Source: an uncultured Clostridia bacterium (GTDB lineage: Bacteria > Bacillota > Clostridia > Christensenellales > UBA1242). From it: 64,000 nucleotides of DNA. Positions 1 to 7,995 of the stretch are shown here, one piece after another. Numbering within the stretch: the stretch's first letter is position 1; each line of letters begins with the position of its first letter. The stretch covers positions 94,732-158,731 of the forward strand of contig CANRIT010000001.1 in NCBI GenBank assembly GCA_947630745.1. Reading direction: 5' to 3'. Under the pieces are notes generated by a model that saw only the letters and a program-made list of their open reading frames with translations, was not told the DNA's origin and did not search any database. The translations under genes were made by a program, and so were the position numbers.

Positions 1-971
1 AGCAAGCCAGCATAAAACACCACTTTTGACAAAATCCCTTCTATATCCCTTATGTTTGTGCCTGTTTTTTGTGCAATAAATTCCACTACGTCATCGTCAA
101 CAAAATACCCTTCTTGGCTGCACTTCTTTTTAATAATAGCAACCTTTGTTTCGTAATCTGGCTCTTGAATATCTTGAATAAGCCCCATACTAAATCTGCT
201 ACGCAACCTATCTTCAAGCGCGCTCATCTCTTTTGGTGGGCGGTCAGATGCTAAAATAATTTGTTTGTTGTTTTGATATAAATCGTTAAAAGTGTGGAAA
301 AATTCTTCTTGTATGCCCGTGCGGTTGCTAATAAATTGAATATCATCAATCATAAGCACATCCGCCGTGCGATATTTGTCCCTAAATTCGCTTTTAAGTT
401 TATCTTTACTATTCCTTAAATAATCCACATAGTCATTGGTAAAATTTTCACATGTTACATACAAAACATTAAGTTCTGGCCTATTTTTCCACAAATAATT
501 GCCAACCGCGTGCAATAAATGTGTTTTTCCAAGCCCAACTCCGCCATAAATAAAAAGTGGATTGAATTTTTGGCTTGGGTGCTCGGCAACATTTTCCATT
601 GCAGCAAAAACCACTTGGTTAGACTTGCCCACAACAAAATTTTCAAACGTGTACTTTTTGTTAAAAGGGCATTCCCTACCACTATCTTTTTGTTCAATTT
701 CGTCTTGCTGACGGATATTTTCTTCATATTCCTTGGTTTCGGTCACCCTAATATAGGCATATTTATCAAACTCTTCCCTAACAATGCGGGTAAGCTTATC
801 AAAAATAGCAGGTTGACAAACCTGATTTTTTGCAGTAACGCTTGGTGCCATAAGTAATAACTCATCATTTGCGTATTTTATTGGTTTTAATGAACTTATC
901 CACAAATCATAAGTAACGGCAGTTACCTCATTTTCCATTTTATTTAAAACTTTTTTCCACTGTTCCAACAT
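1..971 (-). CDS. dnaA: Chromosomal replication initiator DnaA, first ~323 codons; the 3' end runs off the window start
   Basis: Own minus-strand translation from ATG 971..969: MLEQWKKVLNKMENEV...FNPLFIYGGVGLGKTHLLHAVGNY (Walker A)...DVLMIDDIQF (Walker B)...ILASDRPPKEM...RSRF. It is absent from the ORF track because the frame is open at position 1. Confidence 0.95.
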   Translation of the reverse strand, partial: MLEQWKKVLNKMENEVTAVTYDLWISSLKPIKYANDELLLMAPSVTAKNQVCQPAIFDKLTRIVREEFDKYAYIRVTETKEYEENIRQQDEIEQKDSGRECPFNKKYTFENFVVGKSNQVVFAAMENVAEHPSQKFNPLFIYGGVGLGKTHLLHAVGNYLWKNRPELNVLYVTCENFTNDYVDYLRNSKDKLKSEFRDKYRTADVLMIDDIQFISNRTGIQEEFFHTFNDLYQNNKQIILASDRPPKEMSALEDRLRSRFSMGLIQDIQEPDYETKVAIIKKKCSQEGYFVDDDVVEFIAQKTGTNIRDIEGILSKVVFYAGL

Positions 972-977
972 ACCTTT

Positions 978-1006
978 ATTATAATTCTTTTGCTTTTTTA
1001 TGTCAA
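978..1006 (-). promoter_or_regulatory. dnaA promoter: TTGACA-17-TATAAT placed 6 nt before the ATG (leaderless geometry)
   Basis: Minus strand: TTGACA (1006..1001), 17-nt spacer, TATAAT (983..978), 6 nt (aaaggt), ATG (971..969). No room for an SD. Confidence 0.65.
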
Positions 1007-1117
1007 ATTTTTTTAATGTGTTTTGTTTGCTTTTTATTATATTAGTTAAGTATATAAATACATATATTCCAATTTGTTTTGATTAATAAACAAACACAAA
1101 AATTTCATTTTACAAAC

Positions 1118-1450
1118 TTATACACATCAAAATTGTTGTTATACACAAAAAATATACATAGTTGTGCACATTAAATGTGGATAATTATTGTTATAATTTG
1201 TCAAAATTTGTAAAAACCACCACAATATATAGTATTAAAAAAAGTTATCCACAATTGCACACACAATAATAAAAAAACTAATATAAAAAAATAATTTAAA
1301 AAATATAAATAAATGCGCGCGCGAAATACGAAAAACATCTATAAAATAGAGTTTCTTTTGATTTTTACACTATTTTTTTATAATAAATCCAACAAAAAAT
1401 AAAACAAAAAAACTTTTTGTAAATTTTTTGATATTTTATGACATTTTTAT
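1118..1450. other. oriC-type region: DnaA-box cluster followed by an A/T-only candidate unwinding stretch
   Basis: TTATACACA at 1118..1126 and 1139..1147 (1 mismatch each). TTGTGCACA at 1162..1170 (2 mismatches). TGTGGATAA at 1176..1184 (perfect, inverted). TTATCCACA at 1245..1253 (perfect). Then 1264..1450 is almost pure A/T apart from one GCGCGCGCG run at ~1315. Confidence 0.7.
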
Positions 1451-1479
1451 TTGACATATCCTACCCTATATGGTATTAT
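1451..1479 (+). promoter_or_regulatory. dnaN promoter (TTGACA-17-TATTAT), followed by a normal leader with GGAGG
   Basis: TTGACA 1451..1456, TATTAT 1474..1479; SD aggagg lies ~8 nt before ATG 1531. Confidence 0.55.
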
Positions 1480-1530
1480 AGTAGTGTTAGTAAAAAAATT
1501 CGATTTTAGGTTTTAAACACAGGAGGAATT

Positions 1531-2634
1531 ATGAAATTTAGTTGTGATGGATTGGAATTAAGCGATGCAATTTCGGTTGTAAGCAAGGCAATTGGCAGCA
1601 AAACCACATCCCAAATTTTGGAAGGAATTAAGCTTGTTTGTGAAGATAACAAACTTGTGCTAACCGCAACCGACCTTGAAATGAGTGTGGAAAAGACCAT
1701 TCGAGCTGAGGTTGAATCGGGCGGGGAAACGGTTGTTCCGGGCAGATTGTTTGGTGAATATATCCGCAAACTTACCAATGAGCAGATTACTTGTGAACTT
1801 AACGAGAAAAATCAACTTAACATAAGTTATGCCGACAGCCAAGGTTGTTTGCAATGTATGGATGTTATTGAATTTCCAACCATTAAAGAAGTGGAAAGAA
1901 ACGATTATTTTGAAATTTTAAAGTCGGATTTTAAAACACTTATAAATTGCGTTAACTATGCGGTTGCTTTGGATGAAAGCCGCCCAGTTTTAAAGGGTAT
2001 TTTGCTTGAAATAAGCAAGGCAAACAACACAATTAAATCGGTTGCTGTGGATGGTTGCAGATTAAGTTTGGCAAACAAAAAACTTAATATGGCTACCAAT
2101 GACTTTAAAATTATTGTTCCGGGCAAAAACCTTACTGAAATTGTTAAAATGATGGATGGGGATGATACGGTTAAAGTTTATGTTCACTCAAACAACATTA
2201 TGGTTGACCTTGGTGACACCGTTATCATAAACAGATTGATTGACGGGCAATTTATTAATTACAAACAGATTATTCCACACGATTTTGCCACTTCGGTTAC
2301 AATTAATAAAGAGCAGCTTGAAAATGCAATTGACCGCGCAAGCGTTTTGTCTAGGATTGATAAAAACAACCTTGTTAAGTTTGATATTAAAGAAAAGACC
2401 TTAACCTTAACATCTAACAGTGAAATTGGTAACACTAAGGAAAATATTACAGTTGGCTTAAAGGGTAACGATTTATCAATTTCGTTTAACAGCAAATATT
2501 TTACCGACTGCCTGCGCACAATTGAAAACAGTTATGTTAAACTTAATATGAATAGTGCCATTCAACCATGTGTTATAACTCCGTGTGAGGGGGATGATTA
2601 CACTTTCTTAATTTTGCCAGTTAAGGCCAGATAA
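1531..2634 (+). CDS. dnaN: DNA polymerase III beta sliding clamp
   Basis: 367 aa. N-terminus MKFSCDGLELSDAISVVSKAI...ILEGIKL is typical of DnaN, with the length of a three-domain clamp and a position next to dnaA/oriC. Confidence 0.93.
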   Translation: MKFSCDGLELSDAISVVSKAIGSKTTSQILEGIKLVCEDNKLVLTATDLEMSVEKTIRAEVESGGETVVPGRLFGEYIRKLTNEQITCELNEKNQLNISYADSQGCLQCMDVIEFPTIKEVERNDYFEILKSDFKTLINCVNYAVALDESRPVLKGILLEISKANNTIKSVAVDGCRLSLANKKLNMATNDFKIIVPGKNLTEIVKMMDGDDTVKVYVHSNNIMVDLGDTVIINRLIDGQFINYKQIIPHDFATSVTINKEQLENAIDRASVLSRIDKNNLVKFDIKEKTLTLTSNSEIGNTKENITVGLKGNDLSISFNSKYFTDCLRTIENSYVKLNMNSAIQPCVITPCEGDDYTFLILPVKAR

Positions 2635-2657
2635 ACTGCTTAATGCAGTTTTTTTTG
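2633..2657 (+). terminator. Intrinsic terminator after dnaN
   Basis: Stem aaactgc (2633..2639) / gcagttt (2645..2651), 5-nt loop, then a T-run. Confidence 0.6.
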
Positions 2658-2686
2658 TTGACATAAAATTGGCAAATTTATATAAT
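2658..2686 (+). promoter_or_regulatory. rsmG promoter TTGACA-17-TATAAT, 6 nt before the ATG (leaderless geometry)
   Basis: TTGACA 2658..2663, TATAAT 2681..2686, ATG 2693. The TTG start at 2669 in the ORF track lies inside this promoter. Confidence 0.6.
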
Positions 2687-2692
2687 GTTTTT

Positions 2693-3370
2693 ATGGATAT
2701 AGAAAAGTTAAACAGCCTTTTAAATAAAAACAATTTGCAGTTTGAAAACTATTATAATTTTTTAATTGAATATAATAAAAAAGTTAATTTAACCGCAATA
2801 ACAGAAAGGCAAGAAGTTTTTATAAAACACTTTTTGGATAGCATCTTGCCAGTTGATGAAATTAAAAATAACGCAAGTGTAATTGATGTTGGTGCGGGGG
2901 CGGGTTTTCCTGGTTTGCCACTAAAAATTGTGCGAAATGATATAAAATTAACCATGGTGGATTCGCTTGACAAACGCGTTAAATTTTTAAAAGATTTGTC
3001 TAATTTATTAGATTTAAAAGTTGAATGTGTGCATGCGCGGGCGGAAGATTTTTGCAAACTAAAACGGGAAAAATTTGATGTTGCAGTTGCGCGCGCGGTT
3101 GCCCCACTTAACACGCTTGTTGAATATCTGTTACCACTTACAAAAATTGGTGGAATTGTGCTTGCATATAAAGGGAGTAATTTTGAAGAAGAATTAAATG
3201 TTTCACAAAACGCAATAAAGATTTTGGGCGGAAAATATTTAAAAACCATAAAGTTTGATTTGCCAAACAATATGGGGGAAAGAAACATTATTGTAATAGA
3301 AAAAATATCCGCCACCCCAGCACAATTTCCGCGCGGACAAAACAAACCCAAACTTCAACCAATAAAATAA
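2693..3370 (+). CDS. rsmG: 16S rRNA (guanine527-N7)-methyltransferase RsmG/GidB
   Basis: EYNKKVNLTAITERQEVFIKHFLDS and the SAM motif VIDVGAGAGFPGLPLKI. Start moved to ATG 2693 (MDIEKLN...). Confidence 0.9.
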   Translation: MDIEKLNSLLNKNNLQFENYYNFLIEYNKKVNLTAITERQEVFIKHFLDSILPVDEIKNNASVIDVGAGAGFPGLPLKIVRNDIKLTMVDSLDKRVKFLKDLSNLLDLKVECVHARAEDFCKLKREKFDVAVARAVAPLNTLVEYLLPLTKIGGIVLAYKGSNFEEELNVSQNAIKILGGKYLKTIKFDLPNNMGERNIIVIEKISATPAQFPRGQNKPKLQPIK

Positions 3371-3396
3371 AAAATTAGGTTTGCCCTAATTTTTTT
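3370..3396. terminator. Bidirectional hairpin terminator between the convergent rsmG and 3400..4011 genes
   Basis: aaaaattagg / cctaattttt stem with A-run and T-run flanks. Confidence 0.5.
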
Positions 3397-3399
3397 GAT

Positions 3400-4011
3400 T
3401 TAATTTTGACTTTCTTTTGTTTTGTTTTCATCTTTAGATAATTTTAAAACATAACTTTCAATTTTGGATATCTTTCCACTTTCTATAAGTTGTTCCCTAA
3501 GCGCGTGCCAAAGCGAAAGGATAATATATCTATATCTATGTTCGGTGCACAGACCATTCCATAATTCTAAATTAATAAGCGGACGAAGGACAATGTAAGT
3601 GTTTTCTTTATCTATCGGCTCTACAGCATTTTTTACATACTCCATATGATAGTATAAATCGCCAAAGCCGTCAGTTGAAGGTTTTTTAAGCCTAACATCA
3701 GCAAAAGGTTTGTAATCAACAAAGTTTTCCTTGGCGGACTTATATATAATTTCATAAACCAAATCGGTATTTTCAATTGATGGCAAAAGATGTTTTTCCA
3801 AAATAGAAAGTTTAACCTTCAAAAAATTTTCCAAGCGCAATTCGCCCGTCATATCAAACAAAATATCGTCGTAATTTTTTATAATTTTTTTTAACCTATC
3901 ACACGCTTGCTGTTCATAAATTGTTTTGTCCGACTTTTGTTCCAAATCAGCAAGGAGTGTTGATTTTTGATACAAAGTTTCTAAAAGTCCTTTAAATTCT
4001 TTAAACTTCAT
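3400..4011 (-). CDS. Hypothetical protein (203 aa), no recognisable motif
   Basis: Long ORF with GGAAGGTGG upstream of ATG 4011 and a TTGACA/TATAAT promoter at ~4030-4060 on the minus strand. Weak resemblance to ORF 19959..20612. Confidence 0.6.
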   Translation of the reverse strand: MKFKEFKGLLETLYQKSTLLADLEQKSDKTIYEQQACDRLKKIIKNYDDILFDMTGELRLENFLKVKLSILEKHLLPSIENTDLVYEIIYKSAKENFVDYKPFADVRLKKPSTDGFGDLYYHMEYVKNAVEPIDKENTYIVLRPLINLELWNGLCTEHRYRYIILSLWHALREQLIESGKISKIESYVLKLSKDENKTKESQN

Positions 4012-4074
4012 AACCCACCTTCCGTTAAAATTATAACATAAATTAAAATTTTGTCAATACTTTTTGATTTTTTA

Positions 4075-4085
4075 TGTGGTATAAT
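4075..4085 (+). promoter_or_regulatory. Extended -10 (TGTGGTATAAT), 6 nt before the xth ATG (leaderless geometry)
   Basis: tgtggtataat 4075..4085, then tatttt, then ATG 4092. No SD. Confidence 0.5.
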
Positions 4086-4091
4086 TATTTT

Positions 4092-4883
4092 ATGAAGATT
4101 ATAAGTTACAACATAAACGGAATAAGGGCAAGCAGCAAACTTGGCTTAATTGATTTTATTTTAAACAGCGATTTTGATGTGTGGTGTTTGCAAGAAGTGC
4201 GCGCAAGTGAAGATATTGCAAGACAGATTTTGGCGGGAGAAAATCAAATCAATTTGTTTGACAACGCGGGTGGGATTTTGGATAAATTTTATGTTAGTTA
4301 CAATTGTGGCAAGGTGGCAGGATATGCTGGCACGCTTGTTTTAAGTAGGTTTAAGTTTGATAAGGTTTTGTTTGATATGCAACCTTTTTGGATGGATGAT
4401 GAGGGGCGCACCACCACGGTGATTATAAACAAACTTGCAATTGTAAATACATACATTCCAAACGGAAACAGCAGGCTTGAATTTAAACTTAAATATTTGG
4501 ATGCGCTTACAAAATATTTAAACATGCTTAAAAAAGATTACTACGTGGTTTGTGTGGGCGATTTTAACATTGCTCACAACGAAATTGATTTAACCAATCC
4601 AAAAGAATGCAAAAATAAATCGGTGTTTTTGCCAGTTGAACGCGCCGCTTTTGATAAGATTTTAGATGTGGGATATTTGGATAGTTTTAGATTTTTATAC
4701 CCAGACAAGATTGAATATTCGTGGCGAAGTTACCGCTCGCTTTATGATATGCAGTACAACAGTTGGAAATATAGGATTGATTATTGTTTAATTAGCAACA
4801 ACTTAAAACCGCACCTAAAACAAGCGGATATTTTAGATGTAAATTATTCCGACCATCTGCCAGTTTGTGTGGAGATTGAATAA
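4092..4883 (+). CDS. xth: Exodeoxyribonuclease III (EEP-family AP endonuclease)
   Basis: MKIISYNINGIRA...WCLQEV...GDFNIAH...DYCL...SDHLPV are classic ExoIII/Xth motifs. Confidence 0.9.
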   Translation: MKIISYNINGIRASSKLGLIDFILNSDFDVWCLQEVRASEDIARQILAGENQINLFDNAGGILDKFYVSYNCGKVAGYAGTLVLSRFKFDKVLFDMQPFWMDDEGRTTTVIINKLAIVNTYIPNGNSRLEFKLKYLDALTKYLNMLKKDYYVVCVGDFNIAHNEIDLTNPKECKNKSVFLPVERAAFDKILDVGYLDSFRFLYPDKIEYSWRSYRSLYDMQYNSWKYRIDYCLISNNLKPHLKQADILDVNYSDHLPVCVEIE

Positions 4884-4919
4884 AAAAGGGAAGAAAAATT
4901 TTCTACCCATTTTTTTTAT

Positions 4920-5495
4920 TTAAGCCTTTTTGCTAGTTTTTGTTTTGGTTACACTTTTGCTTGTAGTTTTTGTGGTTTTGCTTTTTGCGGATTTTGTTGC
5001 GGACGATTTTTTATCCGTTTTATTTGTTTTGCATGCAGCAGATTTTGCTTGTTTAGATTTTGCATTTTTATGTTCAATTACACAAGCGCATTCGCTTGCA
5101 GCATATTCTTTTTTATTGTAAGAAATGTTGTGTTTATCGTAATAATCTTTAACCGCAGCCTTAACCGCCTCTTCCGCCAAAACCGAGCAGTGAAGTTTGT
5201 GTGTTGGCAATCCGCCAAGCGCCTCAACCACCGCCTTGTTTGAAAGTTTAACCGCGTCTTCAATTGGTTTGCCCTTTATAAGTTCGGTTGCCATAGAGCT
5301 TGTGGCAATTGCACTTCCGCAGCCAAAGGTCATAAATTTAACATCGGTGATAATGTTGTTTTTAACCTTTATATACATGCGCATAATGTCGCCACATTTT
5401 GCGTTGCCAACTTCACCAATTCCGTCCGCATCGGGCATTTCACCCACATTGCGCGGATTTCTAAAATGGTCCATAACCTTTTCACTATATAACAT
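4920..5495 (-). CDS. nifU: Fe-S cluster scaffold NifU/IscU-type with a ~55-aa Lys/Ser/Thr-rich C-terminal tail
   Basis: MLYSEKVMDHFRNPRNVG...GNAKCGD...TFGCGSAIATSS...LHCSVLA (three conserved Cys). Start set at ATG 5495, overlapping the nifS stop. The tail reads ...KSKQAKSAACKTNKTDKKSSATKSAKSKTTKTTSKSVTKTKTSKKA. Confidence 0.88.
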   Translation of the reverse strand: MLYSEKVMDHFRNPRNVGEMPDADGIGEVGNAKCGDIMRMYIKVKNNIITDVKFMTFGCGSAIATSSMATELIKGKPIEDAVKLSNKAVVEALGGLPTHKLHCSVLAEEAVKAAVKDYYDKHNISYNKKEYAASECACVIEHKNAKSKQAKSAACKTNKTDKKSSATKSAKSKTTKTTSKSVTKTKTSKKA

Positions 5496-6669
5496 GTTTT
5501 CTACCTCCTTTTTCAAGCTCGTCCCAAACAGGTGACATCTTGCGCAGATAGTCAACAATTTTTGGTACGATTTTTATAACTTTATTAATTTCCGCCATGG
5601 TGTTGTATTTAGAAAGGGTAAGCCGTAGCGAGCCGTGCGCCACCTCGTGCGGTCTGCCAATTGCAAGCAACACATGTGATGGGTCAAGCGAACCCGAAGT
5701 GCATGCACTGCCCGAAGATGCGCAAATGTCGTGGTCGCTTAACAGCAGCAACAGACTTTCGCCCTCAATCCCTTCAAAGCAAATGTTTACATTGTTGCTA
5801 AGCCTATTTTTTTTGTCGCCGTTTAAAATACTGTGCGGAATTTTGGTTAGCTCGTTAATCAGTTTATCCCGCATAAGCACAAGTTTTGCATTGGTTTTAT
5901 CCATTTCGCTAACCGCTTTTTTAAGCGCAACCGCCATGCCAACTATGCCCGCCAAATTTTCCGTACCCGCGCGCCTATTATTTTCCTGCCCGCCGCCCTC
6001 AATAAGGCTGAAAATTGGTGTGCCGCGCCTTACATACAACGCGCCCACCCCTTTTGGTCCATGAAATTTGTGCGCCGACATGCTTAACATATCTATCTTG
6101 CTTTTTTGCACATCAACCTTTAAATGCCCAACCGCTTGAACGGCATCGGTAAAGAATGTCACCCCGCTTTGCTTGCAAATTTTGCCAATTTGGTCAACGG
6201 GCTGAATTGTGCCAATTTCGTTGTTGGCATACATAATTGCCACCAAAATTGTGTCTTTACGAATGGCTTTTTTTAAGTCTTGCAACTTGATTATCCCGTT
6301 TGGTTGAACATCTAAATAGGTCACTTCAAAACCTTCATCTTCCAATTTTTGCAAGGTGTGCAGCACGGCATGGTGTTCAATTTTGGTTGAAATAATATGC
6401 TTTTTGTTGTTTATTTTACCCATGCGCGCAAGCGACATAATTGCTTGGTTATCGCTTTCACTCCCGCCCGAAGTGAAATAGATTTCGTTAGGCTGTGCGT
6501 TTATACATTTTGCAATATCCGCGCGCGCACGCTCCAACTCCTCTTTGGCACGCTGACCAAGTGCATGCAAACTTGACGCGTTGCCATACTCTTCATCAAA
6601 ATATTTAAGCATTGCGTTTTTTACATTTGCATCCATTTTGGTTGTGCCAGCATTGTCTAAATAAATCAT
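5485..6669 (-). CDS. nifS: Cysteine desulfurase (NifS/IscS class, PLP-dependent)
   Basis: MIYLDNAGTT..., SAHKFHGPKG (PLP lysine), SSGSACTSG (active-site Cys). Confidence 0.93.
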   Translation of the reverse strand: MIYLDNAGTTKMDANVKNAMLKYFDEEYGNASSLHALGQRAKEELERARADIAKCINAQPNEIYFTSGGSESDNQAIMSLARMGKINNKKHIISTKIEHHAVLHTLQKLEDEGFEVTYLDVQPNGIIKLQDLKKAIRKDTILVAIMYANNEIGTIQPVDQIGKICKQSGVTFFTDAVQAVGHLKVDVQKSKIDMLSMSAHKFHGPKGVGALYVRRGTPIFSLIEGGGQENNRRAGTENLAGIVGMAVALKKAVSEMDKTNAKLVLMRDKLINELTKIPHSILNGDKKNRLSNNVNICFEGIEGESLLLLLSDHDICASSGSACTSGSLDPSHVLLAIGRPHEVAHGSLRLTLSKYNTMAEINKVIKIVPKIVDYLRKMSPVWDELEKGGRKHVI

Positions 6670-6714
6670 ATGTTTACGCTAAGTTTAAAAAACTTGGCTT
6701 GCCTCCTTTTTAAT

Positions 6715-6733
6715 TCCTACCAATTTGGTAGGA
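6715..6733. promoter_or_regulatory. Perfect 9-1-9 palindrome TCCTACCAA-T-TTGGTAGGA just downstream of the nifS promoter: candidate operator
   Basis: Minus-strand promoter TTGACA (6769..6764)-17-TATTAT (6746..6741). The palindrome starts ~8 nt after the -10. Confidence 0.45.
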
Positions 6734-6787
6734 TATTTTTATAATATCACTAATATGCGCGCTTGTCAATTGAATTATTGAAAATTT

Positions 6788-7885
6788 TTAAACTATTTTT
6801 CCATTTGATATTGAAATTTTGTTGTAGTTGATGTCGGTTTGCGGCAAGGCGGTGCATGTGATAAGCGTTTGGTAGTTTGTGCAAAAATTTAACAGCCTGT
6901 TTTGGCGCGAATCGTCAAGCTCGCTTAACACATCATCAAGCAAAAGAATTGGATATTCTTTAATCTCTTTTTTGATGACTTCCATAAGCGAAAGTTTTAG
7001 CACAAGTGCCACCGTGCGCTGCTGACCTTGGCTGCAAAATTGGCGGCAATCAAGGTTGTTAATTTTAAAAATTAAATCATCTCTATGTGGACCAAGGCAG
7101 GTGTAGCCTAATTCAATTTCCTTATCCAAAATGGATGCAAATTGTTTGGTTAAATCGTCAACCACAAGCTGCTTTAAATTGGATGTTTCGCTGGTGTTAG
7201 GAAGAGTGTAACTGTAACTTATATCAAGCGTCTCGGTTTGGGTGATTTGGGTGTGAATATCTTTTGCAATTGGGGTCAACTTTTCAACAAATTTAAGGCG
7301 GGTTAAAATTATGTCGGCAGCGGTGGAAATAAGTTGCGGGGTGAAAAGTGAAAGTTGCTCAACCTTGCTGTTATAAGAAAAATTGCCCTTTAAAATTGTG
7401 TTGCGCTGCTTTAAAATTTTGTTGTATTTAATAAGGTTGTACAAATACACCTTGTCAAATTGGCTTATTGAAATGTCCAAAAAATTTCGCCTATCTTCGG
7501 GCACTTCTTTAACCAGTTTAAGCTCGTCCGGGCTGAAATACACAACGGACAGATTGCCCACAAGTTCGGTAAGTTTAAGGATGTTAAGGTTGTTGATTTT
7601 TATAAACTTTTTGTTTTGCTTGTCCAAAATTATTGATATGTTTTTTCTGCCCGCAAGCGTGTTAAACACAATTTCAACGCGCGCTCTTTCTTCACCAAAT
7701 TTTATAATCTGCTTATCCTTGCTGTTTTTTGGACTTTTGCCCACACTTACTAAATATATACTTTCCAACAAATTGGTTTTGCCCTGCGCATTTTGACCCA
7801 CAATAAAATTTACACCCGGCAAAAAATTGATTTCGCCCGCTGCATAATTTCTAAAATTGTTAAGTTTAACCGAATTTATTTCCAT
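6788..7885 (-). CDS. recF: DNA replication/repair protein RecF
   Basis: LKLNNFRNY...GQNAQGKTNLLE (Walker A)...SQGQQRT (signature)...LLLDDVLSELD (Walker B). Confidence 0.93.
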   Translation of the reverse strand: MEINSVKLNNFRNYAAGEINFLPGVNFIVGQNAQGKTNLLESIYLVSVGKSPKNSKDKQIIKFGEERARVEIVFNTLAGRKNISIILDKQNKKFIKINNLNILKLTELVGNLSVVYFSPDELKLVKEVPEDRRNFLDISISQFDKVYLYNLIKYNKILKQRNTILKGNFSYNSKVEQLSLFTPQLISTAADIILTRLKFVEKLTPIAKDIHTQITQTETLDISYSYTLPNTSETSNLKQLVVDDLTKQFASILDKEIELGYTCLGPHRDDLIFKINNLDCRQFCSQGQQRTVALVLKLSLMEVIKKEIKEYPILLLDDVLSELDDSRQNRLLNFCTNYQTLITCTALPQTDINYNKISISNGKIV

Positions 7886-7892
7886 TTTTTAT

Positions 7893-7921
7893 ATTATATC
7901 CAAAACAAAAAAACTTGTCAA
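7893..7921 (-). promoter_or_regulatory. recF promoter TTGACA-17-TATAAT, 7 nt before the ATG (leaderless geometry)
   Basis: Minus strand: TTGACA 7921..7916, TATAAT 7898..7893, ataaaaa, ATG 7885. Confidence 0.6.
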
Positions 7922-7960
7922 CTTTTATTACATTTTGCGCGCATAAATATGCGGATTTGT

Positions 7961-7989
7961 TTGACTTAATTTTTTGCGTATGATAAAAT
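7961..7989 (+). promoter_or_regulatory. Promoter TTGACT-17-TAAAAT, 6 nt before ATG 7996 (leaderless geometry)
   Basis: TTGACT 7961..7966, TAAAAT 7984..7989, cttagc, ATG 7996. Confidence 0.55.
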
Positions 7990-7995
7990 CTTAGC

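Noticed and set aside
2752-3351. 199-aa minus-strand ORF antisense to rsmG. Similar long shadow ORFs include 7866..8492 (-), 10202..10804 (-), 14419..14898 (+), 37883..38344 (-), 41258..41767 (+) and 57417..57884 (+).
   Set aside because: Each lies wholly inside a strongly supported gene on the other strand. None has motifs or initiation signals. Their composition is typical of antisense frames of A/T-rich genes.
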